Source: Lentisphaeria bacterium
GTDB taxonomy: Bacteria; Verrucomicrobiota; Lentisphaeria; JABSQK01; JAWLHB01
Direction: 5' to 3'
Assembly (NCBI GenBank): GCA_041690595.1
Contig: JAWLHB010000028.1
Coordinates: forward strand, 1-64,000
Length of the DNA stretch: 64,000 nucleotides
Shown here: positions 9,864 through 19,598 of the stretch, one piece after another
Numbering within the stretch: position 1 is the stretch's first letter
How the letters are laid out: each line of letters starts with the position of its first letter
The notes under the pieces: generated by a model
What the model was told of the DNA's origin: nothing
Seen by the model: the letters and a program-made list of their open reading frames with translations, nothing else
Databases searched by the model: none
Position numbers and translations under genes: made by a program

Positions 9864-10550
9864 ATGGCAGAGTATTCACGAGACAAGATAGTCCTGCTGG
9901 TGGAGAAATCGGACGCGTGGGCGACGAAGGTTCGCCAGGATCTCTGCAACGAGGGGCTGGTAGTCCTGCGGACGCGCAACATGGAGCGCGCCCCCCTGCT
10001 TAGCCACAAGCATTCTCCTGATCTCGTCGTATTCGGGCCCAGTTCAAGTGCGCCCGCGGACCGTGGCTGCATTGTCATGAGCGTCGAAAACCAGACGCAG
10101 GCAGGCAAGAAGCGGATCAATCGTCAACGGCTGATCGATCTGGTCAACGATTCGCTCAAGCGCCATGCTCTGACGGACGTGACGGTGGAGACCTCTCTCT
10201 CTGACCTGGACTCCGTACAGGATCTGGCAGTCGGCAGTGTTCGGCTCAACCGCGGCAGTCGGCTGATCAGTATTGACGGCAGACAGGTGCGGCTGACGAC
10301 CATGCAGGCCAAGCTGGTGAGCTTCCTCATGCGCCACCCCGGCCGCTGCTTTTCCAGCCAGGATCTGCTGGAGAAGGTATGGGGCTACAAGGTGGGCATC
10401 GGCAATCCCGGTCTGGTCCGCTGGCACATCAATGCCCTGCGCCAGAAGATCGAGCTCGATCCCGAACAGCCGATCCACGTCATTACCAACGGCAGAGTCG
10501 GCTACTATTTCGCCCAGGCCGAAGAGCCCATCAAGTCCTCCGCGCGCTGA
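9864..10550 (+). CDS. OmpR/PhoB-type winged-helix regulator with degenerate receiver domain
   Basis: C-terminal Trans_reg_C motif (LMRHPGRCFSSQDLLEKVWGY...HINALRQKIELDPEQPIHVIT..RVGYYF); receiver reads LLVEKSD and PDLVVFG. Confidence 0.85.
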   Translation: MAEYSRDKIVLLVEKSDAWATKVRQDLCNEGLVVLRTRNMERAPLLSHKHSPDLVVFGPSSSAPADRGCIVMSVENQTQAGKKRINRQRLIDLVNDSLKRHALTDVTVETSLSDLDSVQDLAVGSVRLNRGSRLISIDGRQVRLTTMQAKLVSFLMRHPGRCFSSQDLLEKVWGYKVGIGNPGLVRWHINALRQKIELDPEQPIHVITNGRVGYYFAQAEEPIKSSAR

Positions 10551-10564
10551 GCAGAGTGCGGGGG

Positions 10565-10591
10565 CGGGCGGATCGGGCGGATCGGGCGGAT
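10565..10591 (-). repeat. 9-bp tandem repeat (CGGGCGGAT)x3
   Basis: Three exact copies just after the stop codon; the reverse complement matches the arrays at 37405 and 40792. Confidence 0.8.
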
Positions 10592-10719
10592 TGGGGAGCG
10601 AGGTCGAGGTAAGCATCCTGCTTGACTTGACGAACACGGACAAAGCGGACGCGGAGACGTACGGGGCGAGCTATCTGCGGCGACTTGCGGTGGAGGGGTG
10701 ATGGCGTTCATGTTAGGGG

Positions 10720-11424
10720 ATGCGCCTGATTTCCATTATTGCGACGGTCTGGTTAAGCGTTGTCGGCGTGGTCGGCGGCGGCGAGGCATCGTTGGTGGAG
10801 AACTTCGACGGGCTGGATGCATGGGGGCCGCTGATCTTTCCGCGGATCGATCGCCACAGCGTGTACACGGTGGAGATTCGGGATGGGGTCGGCATGCTGG
10901 TGGCGGCAAGCGAGAATGCGGCTTCGGGTGTGCTCTGGACGGAGCGCTTCGATCCGCATCTGCTGCCGGTGCTGAGGTGGCGCTGGAAGATCGACGGGGT
11001 CCTTGCCAATGGTGATGCGCGAGTGAAACGGGGCGACGATTACGCGCTGCGCATCGCGGTCATCTTCCGCTTCGAACCGGGTGATGCGTCGCTTGGCCTG
11101 CGCATGAAGTACAAGTCGTACAAGATGTTCCTGGGCGATTATCCGCCACACAGCAGTCTGCATTACATCTGGGCGAATCGCCGGCAGGAGAAGGAGATCC
11201 TGCCGAATCCGCGTACGCCGCGGACGATGCTGATCGTCATGCAGACGGGCGACGAGCTTGCGGGGGAATGGCTGGAGGAGAGCATGAATATCCTTGCCGA
11301 TTACCGCAAAGCCTTCGGCGAAGAGCCGCCGCATGAGGCGACGATTGCGGTCATGTGCGACTCGGACGATACCGGCGGCAAGGCGAGAGGCTATGTCGAC
11401 TGGATACGCGTTGACGCCGAATGA
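10720..11424 (+). CDS. DUF3047 family exported protein
   Basis: Signal peptide; LRWRWKI...GDDYALRIAVIF...LHYIWAN...ILADYRKAFGEEPP...MCDSDDTG pattern. Confidence 0.8.
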   Translation: MRLISIIATVWLSVVGVVGGGEASLVENFDGLDAWGPLIFPRIDRHSVYTVEIRDGVGMLVAASENAASGVLWTERFDPHLLPVLRWRWKIDGVLANGDARVKRGDDYALRIAVIFRFEPGDASLGLRMKYKSYKMFLGDYPPHSSLHYIWANRRQEKEILPNPRTPRTMLIVMQTGDELAGEWLEESMNILADYRKAFGEEPPHEATIAVMCDSDDTGGKARGYVDWIRVDAE

Positions 11425-11556
11425 GGACGAGGATTGGCCACAGTTTCTCCAGCTGTGGCGGCAAATGCGCGCTTCCCATGGTATAGTCACAGCTGTTGAT
11501 CGTCATCTCTGATGATCTCGTGAAGCCCGGCACCCAGAAAGGAGCAGATACCACGC

Positions 11557-13443
11557 ATGTGCGGAATCGCTGGAATCGTCGATCGTCTGCAGCCGCCCGA
11601 TGCAGGAATACTGGAGCGCATGGCTGCGCCGCTGGCCCGGCGGGGGCCGGATGACTTCGGTTTTCACGTGCAGGGCCCGATCGGCCTTGCGCATCGGCGG
11701 CTCTCCATCATCGACCTGGCCGCGGGGCATCAGCCCCTCTTCAATGAAGATCGGACGCTGGCGCTGGTCTTCAATGGCGAGATTTACGACTTCGAGGCGC
11801 ACCGCCGCATCCTGCTCGCGCGCGGCCACACCTTTTCCACACACACAGATTCGGAAGTGCTCCTGCATCTGTATGAAGAGCATGGCGCGGAGATGGTTCG
11901 CGAACTCAACGGGATGTTCGCCTTCGTGATCTGCCACCTGGAGACGGGGGAGCTGTTCATGGCTCGTGACCGGCTCGGGCAGAAGCCCTTCTTCTACAGC
12001 TTTACGGAAGGGCGCTTTGCCTTCGCGAGCGGCCCACAATCGCTGGCGACGCTGCACTGGGTGGACAGCCGCCTCGACACGGCGTCCATCCACGACTACC
12101 TGGAGTTCCAGTACATTCCCACGCCGAGCACTATCTATCAGGGGATCCACAAGCTTCCGCCCGGCACGCGCGGCTACTGGCGCAAGGGCCATTTCGTCAC
12201 CGACACGTGGTGGCGTCCGGACGTGCGCGCGGAGTACGGGGGCTCCTACACATCGGCCTGCCGCGAGTTGCGCGAGCTTATGGATGCCGCCGTCAAACGG
12301 CGCCTGGTGGCGGATGTGCCGCTCGGCCTCTTCCTTTCCGGCGGGCTGGACAGCAGCATCATCTGCGCCATCGCGCAGCGCGCCACCAGTGGCGCCTCGA
12401 AGACCTTCTCCATCGGCTTTCCGGACCCCAAATACGATGAACGCAGCCATGCCGCGAGCGTCGCCGCGCATCTGAAGACGGAGCACCACTTCCTGGAAGT
12501 CCAACCGAACGACTTCAACCGCCTGGCGGATATCGTTTCAGCTTACGAGGAGCCGTTCAGCGACTCCTCGATGCTGCCAACTTCCCTGCTCAGCCAGTTC
12601 ACGCGTCAGCACGTGACGGTGGCGTTGAGTGGCGATGCGGCCGATGAACTCTTCGGCGGCTACTATCGTCACCGACTCATGAAGCTGGCGCAACATCTCG
12701 ACGGGGTGCCGGACATCCTGCGCCACGGCTTCGCGCGATTGATCCATGCCTTCCTGCCGCCCAAGGCCGAGGAGCGTACGATAGCGGGGCGTCTGCACCG
12801 GCTTTCGGAGATGCTCCAGAACGACGGGATTGCGCGCTATCGGCGCCTCCTCTCGCGCGTGCCGCACGGTCTGAAGGAATCTCTGTATGGGGAGCGCATG
12901 CAGCTGGGCGGGCCTTTTACGGATAGCCTTCGGGTGCTGGAAGAGCACCTGCGCACGGTTCATGAGCAGCGCTTCATCGAGCAGATCATGGAGTTGGACA
13001 TGCTCACCTACCTCAATGACGACATCCTCGTCAAGGTCGATCGCGCCTCGATGGCCTTCGGTCTCGAGGTTCGCAGTCCCTTCCTGGACAAGGATGTGGT
13101 GGAGTTCGCCCAGCGTCTGCCGTACAAGTGGAAGCAGCGGGGAAACCAGCGCAAACGTATCCTCATCGATACCTTCGCGGAGCTTCTTCCCCCGGCGATT
13201 CCCAAACGGGCCAAGATGGGCTTTGGGGTTCCCGTCGCCGCCTGGCTGCGCGGCGAATGGCTGCAACCTGCGCGCGAGCACCTGCTGGACGGGGAGCTCG
13301 TGCGCCTGGGGTACTTCCAGCGGCAGCCTCTGGAGGCGCTCTTCGCGGAGCATGTCGCGCGCCAGGCGGACCACAGCTATTTGCTCTACTCGCTGCTCGT
13401 TCTCGAACTCTGGATGGCCGGCCTGAGCGTCACTCCTCGATAG
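11557..13443 (+). CDS. asnB: Asparagine synthase (glutamine-hydrolysing)
   Basis: MCGIAG, RRGPDD, HRRLSIID, FNGEIY, LSGGLDSS, KVDRASMAFGLEVRSPFLD. Confidence 0.92.
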   Translation: MCGIAGIVDRLQPPDAGILERMAAPLARRGPDDFGFHVQGPIGLAHRRLSIIDLAAGHQPLFNEDRTLALVFNGEIYDFEAHRRILLARGHTFSTHTDSEVLLHLYEEHGAEMVRELNGMFAFVICHLETGELFMARDRLGQKPFFYSFTEGRFAFASGPQSLATLHWVDSRLDTASIHDYLEFQYIPTPSTIYQGIHKLPPGTRGYWRKGHFVTDTWWRPDVRAEYGGSYTSACRELRELMDAAVKRRLVADVPLGLFLSGGLDSSIICAIAQRATSGASKTFSIGFPDPKYDERSHAASVAAHLKTEHHFLEVQPNDFNRLADIVSAYEEPFSDSSMLPTSLLSQFTRQHVTVALSGDAADELFGGYYRHRLMKLAQHLDGVPDILRHGFARLIHAFLPPKAEERTIAGRLHRLSEMLQNDGIARYRRLLSRVPHGLKESLYGERMQLGGPFTDSLRVLEEHLRTVHEQRFIEQIMELDMLTYLNDDILVKVDRASMAFGLEVRSPFLDKDVVEFAQRLPYKWKQRGNQRKRILIDTFAELLPPAIPKRAKMGFGVPVAAWLRGEWLQPAREHLLDGELVRLGYFQRQPLEALFAEHVARQADHSYLLYSLLVLELWMAGLSVTPR

Positions 13444-15223
13444 TCAGCGTGGCGGCTTCACAGCCATCTTCCTGACGCAGATGCTCCATTCGCTCCGCGT
13501 AGTCGTTTTCGGCCAACCGCACGTTGCGGCAGTTAGCCAGAATCACGGCAACATCGGTGGCGCCGTGAAAGCGATTGCCGAGCACCTCTACCCCATCGGC
13601 CGAGCCGACGTGAAGGGCGGCCCCATCCGCATCCTCCAGGGTATTGTCGATGATCCGCACCTCGCGATGGACGCCAGCGCCGGACTGGCGGCCCCCTTTC
13701 AGGTCCGAAAAGATGTCGATGACCGCCTTCCGTCTTGCGGCCCCGTAATTGCAGCGGCGGAAATGATTGCCGCGGATGGTGACGTCCCGCACCGCCAACC
13801 CTTCCCACCAGTAGTCCGCATCGCTGGCGATATGCAGGGCGGCGCCGGAAACATCCTCGAAGAGGCAATCTTCCACCAGTACCTGGCGGCTCTGGATCAG
13901 CATTCCCCGGGCCCGGTTGGCCCGTACCGTGCAGCGGCTGATCCTGGCGGATGGCGCCGTGGCCGCGTTGGCGACCAGATGACCGGCAGCGACATCCACC
14001 GGCAACGGCTCTTTCGATCGCACAATCGTCACCCGTCCTTTCAGGTGGGCCTCCTCGACGACAAACTCGCCGTAAGGCAGCAACGGCTGGGGATCCCGGC
14101 CAATCTCGATTCGGTCGCCTGGCCGTGGCAGCGGGAATGGCGCATCCGCCTGCCCCCAGGAGCGCGATCGTGCCTGGACGAGATGGAGGGTATGGTCATC
14201 GACCCGCTCCGCCACCAGGCCGTACATGCAGTGAATGTTGGTGGCATCGTCTCCCATGCCTTCAAAGATGCAGTCTTCGATGAGCAGCCTGCCGCGGCAG
14301 TTGTTGAAGTGGGTTGCATCCGCCGCGGTCGACTGCCAGCAGCCATTCCGGCGCGTCACGACGAAGTGCCGCAGCTCCACATCCGTACACTGGTCGGCAT
14401 AGAGTCCCATCCCCGGGACCGCGTGGAGCGTCACCTGATCGAAGCGCACATTGCGACAGGTCGTCAGGGTAAAGGCGTTTCGCCCATAGATGGCATAGCG
14501 CACAAGCTGATGGGAGCCGAGCGGCGGAAGTCCCGCATTCCGGCGAATGAAGACGCGCATCACCACTTTGGTAACCAATTCGGTGGGCGTCGTGCATTCC
14601 CCGGCGATCTGGTAGAGATCGTAGCCGCGGTAGGCTGGACGCGCCCGGTCGGGATCATAGCCGAGTACGCCTTCCACCAGCATCCCCGCCTCCGCACGGT
14701 ACGGCGGCGCGACTTCCAGATCGAATGCCGACGCTGATGGATGGACGGCGATTACCCGGCCACCGCAGTGGGGCAGCCGCGCCCAGTCGATGGTCAGGTT
14801 GCGAACGGTCAAATCATCGGTTTCGCGAAAGACAAAGAGCGGCCGCATGTCATGGATCACCAACTCGGCACCCTGGCCGTCGATGGTCAGCCCCCGCACC
14901 CTCTCCACAAGCAGCCCATGCTCAAAGGCGGGATTTGCTCGCACCGTGGGATCGAGAAAGAGGTCGTACCGGCCGGGCTCCAGAATCAGGCGGCAACCGG
15001 TGAACTTTCGGGCCAGCCGCAGCGCCTCGGCAAAGGCGGGAGTGTCGTCGGCTCCATCGTCCGGTTGTGCCCCCAGCGCCTGAAGTCGGATCAGAGTCTC
15101 CGCTTCCCCCTTATCCTCAGCCGATGTCCCTGCTCCTGCCATCATGATCGCTCCGGCCAATAGCCATTGAAGCCAGCCATGCCGACTGCCTGTGAATCCA
15201 GCGACATCGTGCTTTGTCTTCAC
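13430..15223 (-). CDS. Secreted right-handed parallel beta-helix protein, GH110 (alpha-1,3-galactosidase)-like
   Basis: GAQPDDGADDTPAF, STAADATHF..CRG, GMGDDATNIH, NRARGMLIQ; GTG start at 15223 after an AAGGAG RBS. Confidence 0.8.
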   Translation of the reverse strand: MKTKHDVAGFTGSRHGWLQWLLAGAIMMAGAGTSAEDKGEAETLIRLQALGAQPDDGADDTPAFAEALRLARKFTGCRLILEPGRYDLFLDPTVRANPAFEHGLLVERVRGLTIDGQGAELVIHDMRPLFVFRETDDLTVRNLTIDWARLPHCGGRVIAVHPSASAFDLEVAPPYRAEAGMLVEGVLGYDPDRARPAYRGYDLYQIAGECTTPTELVTKVVMRVFIRRNAGLPPLGSHQLVRYAIYGRNAFTLTTCRNVRFDQVTLHAVPGMGLYADQCTDVELRHFVVTRRNGCWQSTAADATHFNNCRGRLLIEDCIFEGMGDDATNIHCMYGLVAERVDDHTLHLVQARSRSWGQADAPFPLPRPGDRIEIGRDPQPLLPYGEFVVEEAHLKGRVTIVRSKEPLPVDVAAGHLVANAATAPSARISRCTVRANRARGMLIQSRQVLVEDCLFEDVSGAALHIASDADYWWEGLAVRDVTIRGNHFRRCNYGAARRKAVIDIFSDLKGGRQSGAGVHREVRIIDNTLEDADGAALHVGSADGVEVLGNRFHGATDVAVILANCRNVRLAENDYAERMEHLRQEDGCEAATLTIEE

Positions 15224-15303
15224 TGCCTGCTCCTTCGCTCCAATCGCAAACGACCCCAAACAGCCAGCACGCACAGCGGACCCTTACTATTTTCGTGTTC
15301 CGC

Positions 15304-15332
15304 TCGACTGTGCAGGCAAGGGAGAATATAAT
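15304..15332 (+). promoter_or_regulatory. Predicted sigma-70 promoter for the glycyl radical enzyme
   Basis: TCGACT, 17 bp spacer, TATAAT. Confidence 0.5.
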
Positions 15333-15380
15333 GTAGGTTGGCGCAAAAACCTCAGCAACAATCGTACGGCAGGAGCGATC

Positions 15381-17498
15381 ATGATGGAGATGGCGGGTGT
15401 GGATATGGCGAATGCGGCCTTTCAGCTGGCACCGCATCTGGTGCCGCTACGTGAGAAGGCTCTCCACATACACCGGGAGAATCTTCCGCTTCAGGTGCCT
15501 GAAATCGTCCGCATCAAAGCTGCCGCCTGGGCTCTCCGTACGCCCGAAGAAGATTGGCTCATGTGGCGCGCCCGCGAATCCTGCGCCGTCCTCGAGCAGA
15601 TGCCATTGGAGATCGAGCCTGGCGAGCAGATTGTCGGGCGCCCCAGGATGCGGGTGCTGACCGATGACGAGCTTCCCCGCCACCGGGAGGCTGCCGCCAC
15701 GCTGCCACCCTTTCCGGGTGGCGATCCAGCCCACTTTCACCCCGACCACACCCTCCTGCTCAGCTTGGGCATCGATGGCATGCTTGCCCGCATCGATGCG
15801 CATGCCGCAGCCGCCGGGGATGATGAAGCGCGCCTCTTTTACCAGGCATGCCGCCTCGCCATGCTCGGCATGCAGCGCTATGCCGAACGCCTTGCCGATG
15901 AGTGTGGCGCCCGGGGCAATGCGGAAATGGCGGCGATTTGCCGCCGCCTGAGCCATGCCGCGCCGGCGAGCTTCCACGAAGCGATTCAGCTCATGTGGAT
16001 AGCCACCATCGCCCTCTGGTTCGGGGGCGGACACAGCCTCACCAATCCCGGTCGTATGGACCAGATCCTGCGCCCCTTCCATGACGCTGATGTCGCCGCG
16101 GGGCGCCTCACGCCGCAACAGGCCCTCGACCTCATCTGTGGACTCTTCATCCAGTGCAATCGGATTCTGCAGCCGGGCTCTGCCATTGCCGTGATGGTGG
16201 GCGGCCGCAATGCAAAAGGGGAAGATGTCACCAACGACCTCAGCTATCTCTGCCTGATCGCGCGCCAGCTCACCCGCCTCGTCTATCCAACGGTGGGCGT
16301 CGCCTGGCATTCGGGGACTCCACGGGAGTTCACCGACTTCGCCTGCCGGATGCTCGCAACCGGTATCGGGTGTCCTGCCTTCTTCAATGACGAGGTCATC
16401 GTCGAGGGGCTCCGCGAGCAGGGGGTCAGTGCCGAGGACAGCTACCACTACATGAACTCGACCTGTGTCGAGATCAAGGTCTGTGGCGCCTCCAACATGT
16501 GGGTAACCGCTCCCTATTTCAATCTGTGCCAGTTGTTGCTGGACGCCATGGCCGAGGCCGCGGCCAGCCCGCCGCCCGATTTCAGCGCCTTCGAGGCTTT
16601 GGTGGAGCGTCACATTGCCGCCAAAGTCGCGACCGCGGCACAGCATCTGGACCAGATCTGGCAACGGCGACGCCGCGAAGGCGGATTCCCCCTTGCCAGT
16701 TGCTTCATCAGTGACTGTCTCGCCAGAGGCCGCGACTTCGATCGCGGTGGGGCAAGGTACAACTGGGTGGAGAACTCCTTTGTGGGGCTTGCCAACCTTG
16801 CCGACGGCATGCTGGCCATTCAGCATCTCGTTTATGAGGCAAAGGCGCTGTCGGTCAGCGACTTCCACGCGGCGCTTGTCAACGACTTTGCCGATCATGA
16901 AGCCCTCCGGCAACGTATCTGCCGCACCCTTCCCCGCTATGGCAACGACGATCCCGCCGCCGATGCCACCGCTGCACGCTGGGCCGACTTTCTGGTCGCC
17001 ACCACCGAAGCGAATCGCGTTGGCCCGCACCACTACGTGCCTGGTTTCTTCTGCTGGATTCAGCATGGGGTGCTGGGGGCGCAAACGGGGGCGACGCCGG
17101 ACGGACGCCGCGCCGGCATGCCCCTGGCGGATGGCGCCGGTGCTGCCCAGGGGCGCGAGCGCCGCGGCCCCACTGCCGCCGTCCTCAGCACCACCAGTTG
17201 GAGTCATCGCCGCGCCCTCGGCGGGCTCGTCCACAACATCAAGTTCTCTGCCTCGCAGCTGCAGAATGAGCGTGGTCGCCAGGCGATGTGGGCCGTCATC
17301 GAGACCTATCTCCGGCGCGGTGGCCTGGAGATACAGATCAACGTTGCCGGGGCGGATCAACTTCGGGCCGCTCAAGAGTGCCCGGAGGGGTATGCCGATC
17401 TCATCGTCCGGGTTGCCGGCTACAGCGATTACTTCACCCATCTATCCCGCACCATGCAGGACGAGGTGATCTCACGAAGCGAGTTTCAGCTTGCCTGA
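15381..17498 (+). CDS. Glycyl radical enzyme (PFL2/dehydratase-like superfamily), substrate unknown
   Basis: SFHEAIQLMW, GRMDQIL, Cys loop STCVE, ATPDGRRAG, QINV, glycyl radical loop LIVRVAGYSDYF; AGGAG RBS before ATG 15381. Confidence 0.92.
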   Translation: MMEMAGVDMANAAFQLAPHLVPLREKALHIHRENLPLQVPEIVRIKAAAWALRTPEEDWLMWRARESCAVLEQMPLEIEPGEQIVGRPRMRVLTDDELPRHREAAATLPPFPGGDPAHFHPDHTLLLSLGIDGMLARIDAHAAAAGDDEARLFYQACRLAMLGMQRYAERLADECGARGNAEMAAICRRLSHAAPASFHEAIQLMWIATIALWFGGGHSLTNPGRMDQILRPFHDADVAAGRLTPQQALDLICGLFIQCNRILQPGSAIAVMVGGRNAKGEDVTNDLSYLCLIARQLTRLVYPTVGVAWHSGTPREFTDFACRMLATGIGCPAFFNDEVIVEGLREQGVSAEDSYHYMNSTCVEIKVCGASNMWVTAPYFNLCQLLLDAMAEAAASPPPDFSAFEALVERHIAAKVATAAQHLDQIWQRRRREGGFPLASCFISDCLARGRDFDRGGARYNWVENSFVGLANLADGMLAIQHLVYEAKALSVSDFHAALVNDFADHEALRQRICRTLPRYGNDDPAADATAARWADFLVATTEANRVGPHHYVPGFFCWIQHGVLGAQTGATPDGRRAGMPLADGAGAAQGRERRGPTAAVLSTTSWSHRRALGGLVHNIKFSASQLQNERGRQAMWAVIETYLRRGGLEIQINVAGADQLRAAQECPEGYADLIVRVAGYSDYFTHLSRTMQDEVISRSEFQLA

Positions 17499-17502
17499 AG
17501 GG

Positions 17503-18369
17503 CTACTCGGCCTTCTCCACCTTATCTTCGGGCTGGTGCAGGTCAATGGGTAGAGGTTTGGTGACGTCGCCGACATACAGGGTCCGATGCGGGAAGGGGA
17601 TCTCGATGCCTTCTGCGTCCAGCCGTTCCTTGATCTCAGGGAGGATCGAGTCGCGTAGCTTGAGCATGTCCTCGCGAGCATGCCAGACCCCGATGAAGAT
17701 CTTCAGTTCCGATTCGCCAAAGCCCGTGAATGCCACCATCGGCTCCGGTTCATCCAGCACGAAAGGATTCTTGTTTGCGACTTCCTTCAGCACCTTCACG
17801 GCATGTCGGATATCCTCCTTGTAAGCCACGCCCACATTGAGCTCCATGCGGCGTATGGGAAAGCGGGTGATGTTGACCACTTCCGTCTTGATGATCATCT
17901 CGTTAGGCATGCGGACAAAGCGGTTGTCGAAGGTACGCAGCTTGATCGAGAGCAAGTCGATGCTCAGCACCACCCCCGTTGTCTCGCCAATCTTGATGAC
18001 GTCGCCCACCTCGAATGGCCGCTCGGAAATCAAAAACAGGCCGCTGATCAGGTTCGACAGGCTGGTCTGTGATGCAAAGCCGACGGCGACACCGACGAGA
18101 CCAGCAGCACCGAGCAGCGCTGTGAGGTCGAACTGCAACTCTCGCAGCACGGAGAGCAGGAGGATGGCGCTGCCCGTATAGAAGACACCCTTGCGGACCA
18201 GCATGATGTGCTGGGCGGAGAAACGATGGCGGAGCATCCTGGCCACGAAGTTGGTCGCCACCTTCAGTACCGGCAGCCCGATCGCCAGTAGAAGCACTAC
18301 CCGCAGCACTCGCGCGATGGTCTCCGCCGAGATGAACTCTGCCGCTACGGTTTGGCCAAGATAAATCAT
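17503..18369 (-). CDS. Small-conductance mechanosensitive channel (MscS family)
   Basis: GLVGVAVGFASQTSLSNLISG, RPFEVGDVI, GIEIPFPHR; ATG overlaps the upstream TAA. Confidence 0.92.
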   Translation of the reverse strand: MIYLGQTVAAEFISAETIARVLRVVLLLAIGLPVLKVATNFVARMLRHRFSAQHIMLVRKGVFYTGSAILLLSVLRELQFDLTALLGAAGLVGVAVGFASQTSLSNLISGLFLISERPFEVGDVIKIGETTGVVLSIDLLSIKLRTFDNRFVRMPNEMIIKTEVVNITRFPIRRMELNVGVAYKEDIRHAVKVLKEVANKNPFVLDEPEPMVAFTGFGESELKIFIGVWHAREDMLKLRDSILPEIKERLDAEGIEIPFPHRTLYVGDVTKPLPIDLHQPEDKVEKAE

Positions 18370-19175
18370 TAGCGAAACAGGCTCGCCAAGTTGAAGCTGC
18401 TGATGCTCTGACGCAGGAAGCTGCCGCCAATGGGTTCCCGCGCCGGGCTGATTACCGGCCCCAGAGGCCGCTTGTCCGGCGTCTGCTGGCTGAACTCGAC
18501 CTCTTGCCCGGCTTCGCTCCCCCGATGGGTGATGACCACCGTCGGCGTCCACAGCAGGTTGTCCAGCTCATGAAGCGCCAAGTGCTGGACGTCCATCGAG
18601 AAGCGTTCGCAGACCAGCGGCTCCTTTGAGACGTTGCGGACCTGGAACGGGCAGATGGCACGATGGTGCCGTGCCGCTACATCCTGCAACGTGCGTCTGG
18701 CGGTGGTGCGCATCGCGTAACACAACCGCCCCGACATCGTATCCTCCCCGAACCAGGTATTCGACAGTACCACCGTAGGGATCTCGACCAGAGCCACGGG
18801 ATCGTCACCGGGCCGCGCCATCTCCAACCCAATCCATAGCGGCACCCGCGCGTAGTAGTCACTGGACATGCCCGGGGGCACTGTAATCGCGCTCTCCGGC
18901 CGCACGATCATTGGCCGCTCGCTCAGCAGCGGCCGAAAGGTGATTCGGTCAAGCCCCTCTCCCACCGCAAAACGTTGCCACTCCAGATCCTGCGGTTTCG
19001 CCTCCAGACGCGCCACGACCAAGCGATCTTCCTCCTTGTCGTTCCGGTCGAAGGCCAGCAGGATCTCCTCGGCCGAGCGCTCGAGCCACAGCGAAAGCTG
19101 CCCCAACTGCCAATGGAGAGTCCTCCCCAGCGGCAGCTTCACTGTCGTCCAGATTTCACGCGGTAGTGTTTGCAT
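18369..19175 (-). CDS. DUF432-like protein
   Basis: PLLSERPMIVRPE, LSNTWFG...GRLCYA.RT.ARR, HRAICP; coupled to the MscS gene. Confidence 0.65.
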   Translation of the reverse strand: MQTLPREIWTTVKLPLGRTLHWQLGQLSLWLERSAEEILLAFDRNDKEEDRLVVARLEAKPQDLEWQRFAVGEGLDRITFRPLLSERPMIVRPESAITVPPGMSSDYYARVPLWIGLEMARPGDDPVALVEIPTVVLSNTWFGEDTMSGRLCYAMRTTARRTLQDVAARHHRAICPFQVRNVSKEPLVCERFSMDVQHLALHELDNLLWTPTVVITHRGSEAGQEVEFSQQTPDKRPLGPVISPAREPIGGSFLRQSISSFNLASLFR

Positions 19176-19183
19176 AAATAGAG

Positions 19184-19219
19184 ACAGACCGAAGCCGTGC
19201 GGTCACGGCTTCGGTCTGT
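19184..19219. terminator. Perfect 16-bp stem-loop, probable terminator or processing hairpin
   Basis: acagaccgaagccgtg-cggt-cacggcttcggtctgt; no strong U tract. Confidence 0.6.
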
Positions 19220-19266
19220 ATATCATCCTTGGCCTTGATCAGCGGTACGGTCGAACCACTGGGCCT

Positions 19267-19503
19267 TCAATAGTCTTCGTCCTCGTCGTCACCATCGTCA
19301 TCGTCATAATCGTCCAAGTCGTCGACATCGTCAATGTCGTCGACCTCTTCGATATCCGCATCCTCATCGAAGTCGTCGTCATCCGCGTCCCACACTCTGG
19401 ATGTATTCATCATGGCTCCACACTCCGGACAAAGGCCGCCTTCTTTTTCAACTTCGACCAGTGAAACTTCGGTATTACAGTATTGACAAACCACAGCGTC
19501 CAT
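19267..19503 (-). CDS. Small zinc-ribbon protein with a highly acidic tail
   Basis: CQYC...CPEC followed by about 35 residues of mostly D/E; GAGGA RBS. Confidence 0.75.
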   Translation of the reverse strand: MDAVVCQYCNTEVSLVEVEKEGGLCPECGAMMNTSRVWDADDDDFDEDADIEEVDDIDDVDDLDDYDDDDGDDEDEDY

Positions 19504-19598
19504 TAGCTCTTTCCTCAAAGTGGTAGAGGCGTTAAAGGTGATTAGCGCTGAACATATAATGAACGATCGACCGTAGTCAAGCCGTCATCGGCTTTTTT

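Noticed and set aside
11557..13443. asnB as a lasso-peptide cyclase or part of a biosynthetic cluster
   Set aside because: It has a complete N-terminal Cys glutaminase domain, and no precursor peptide, B protein or glycosyltransferase gene is adjacent
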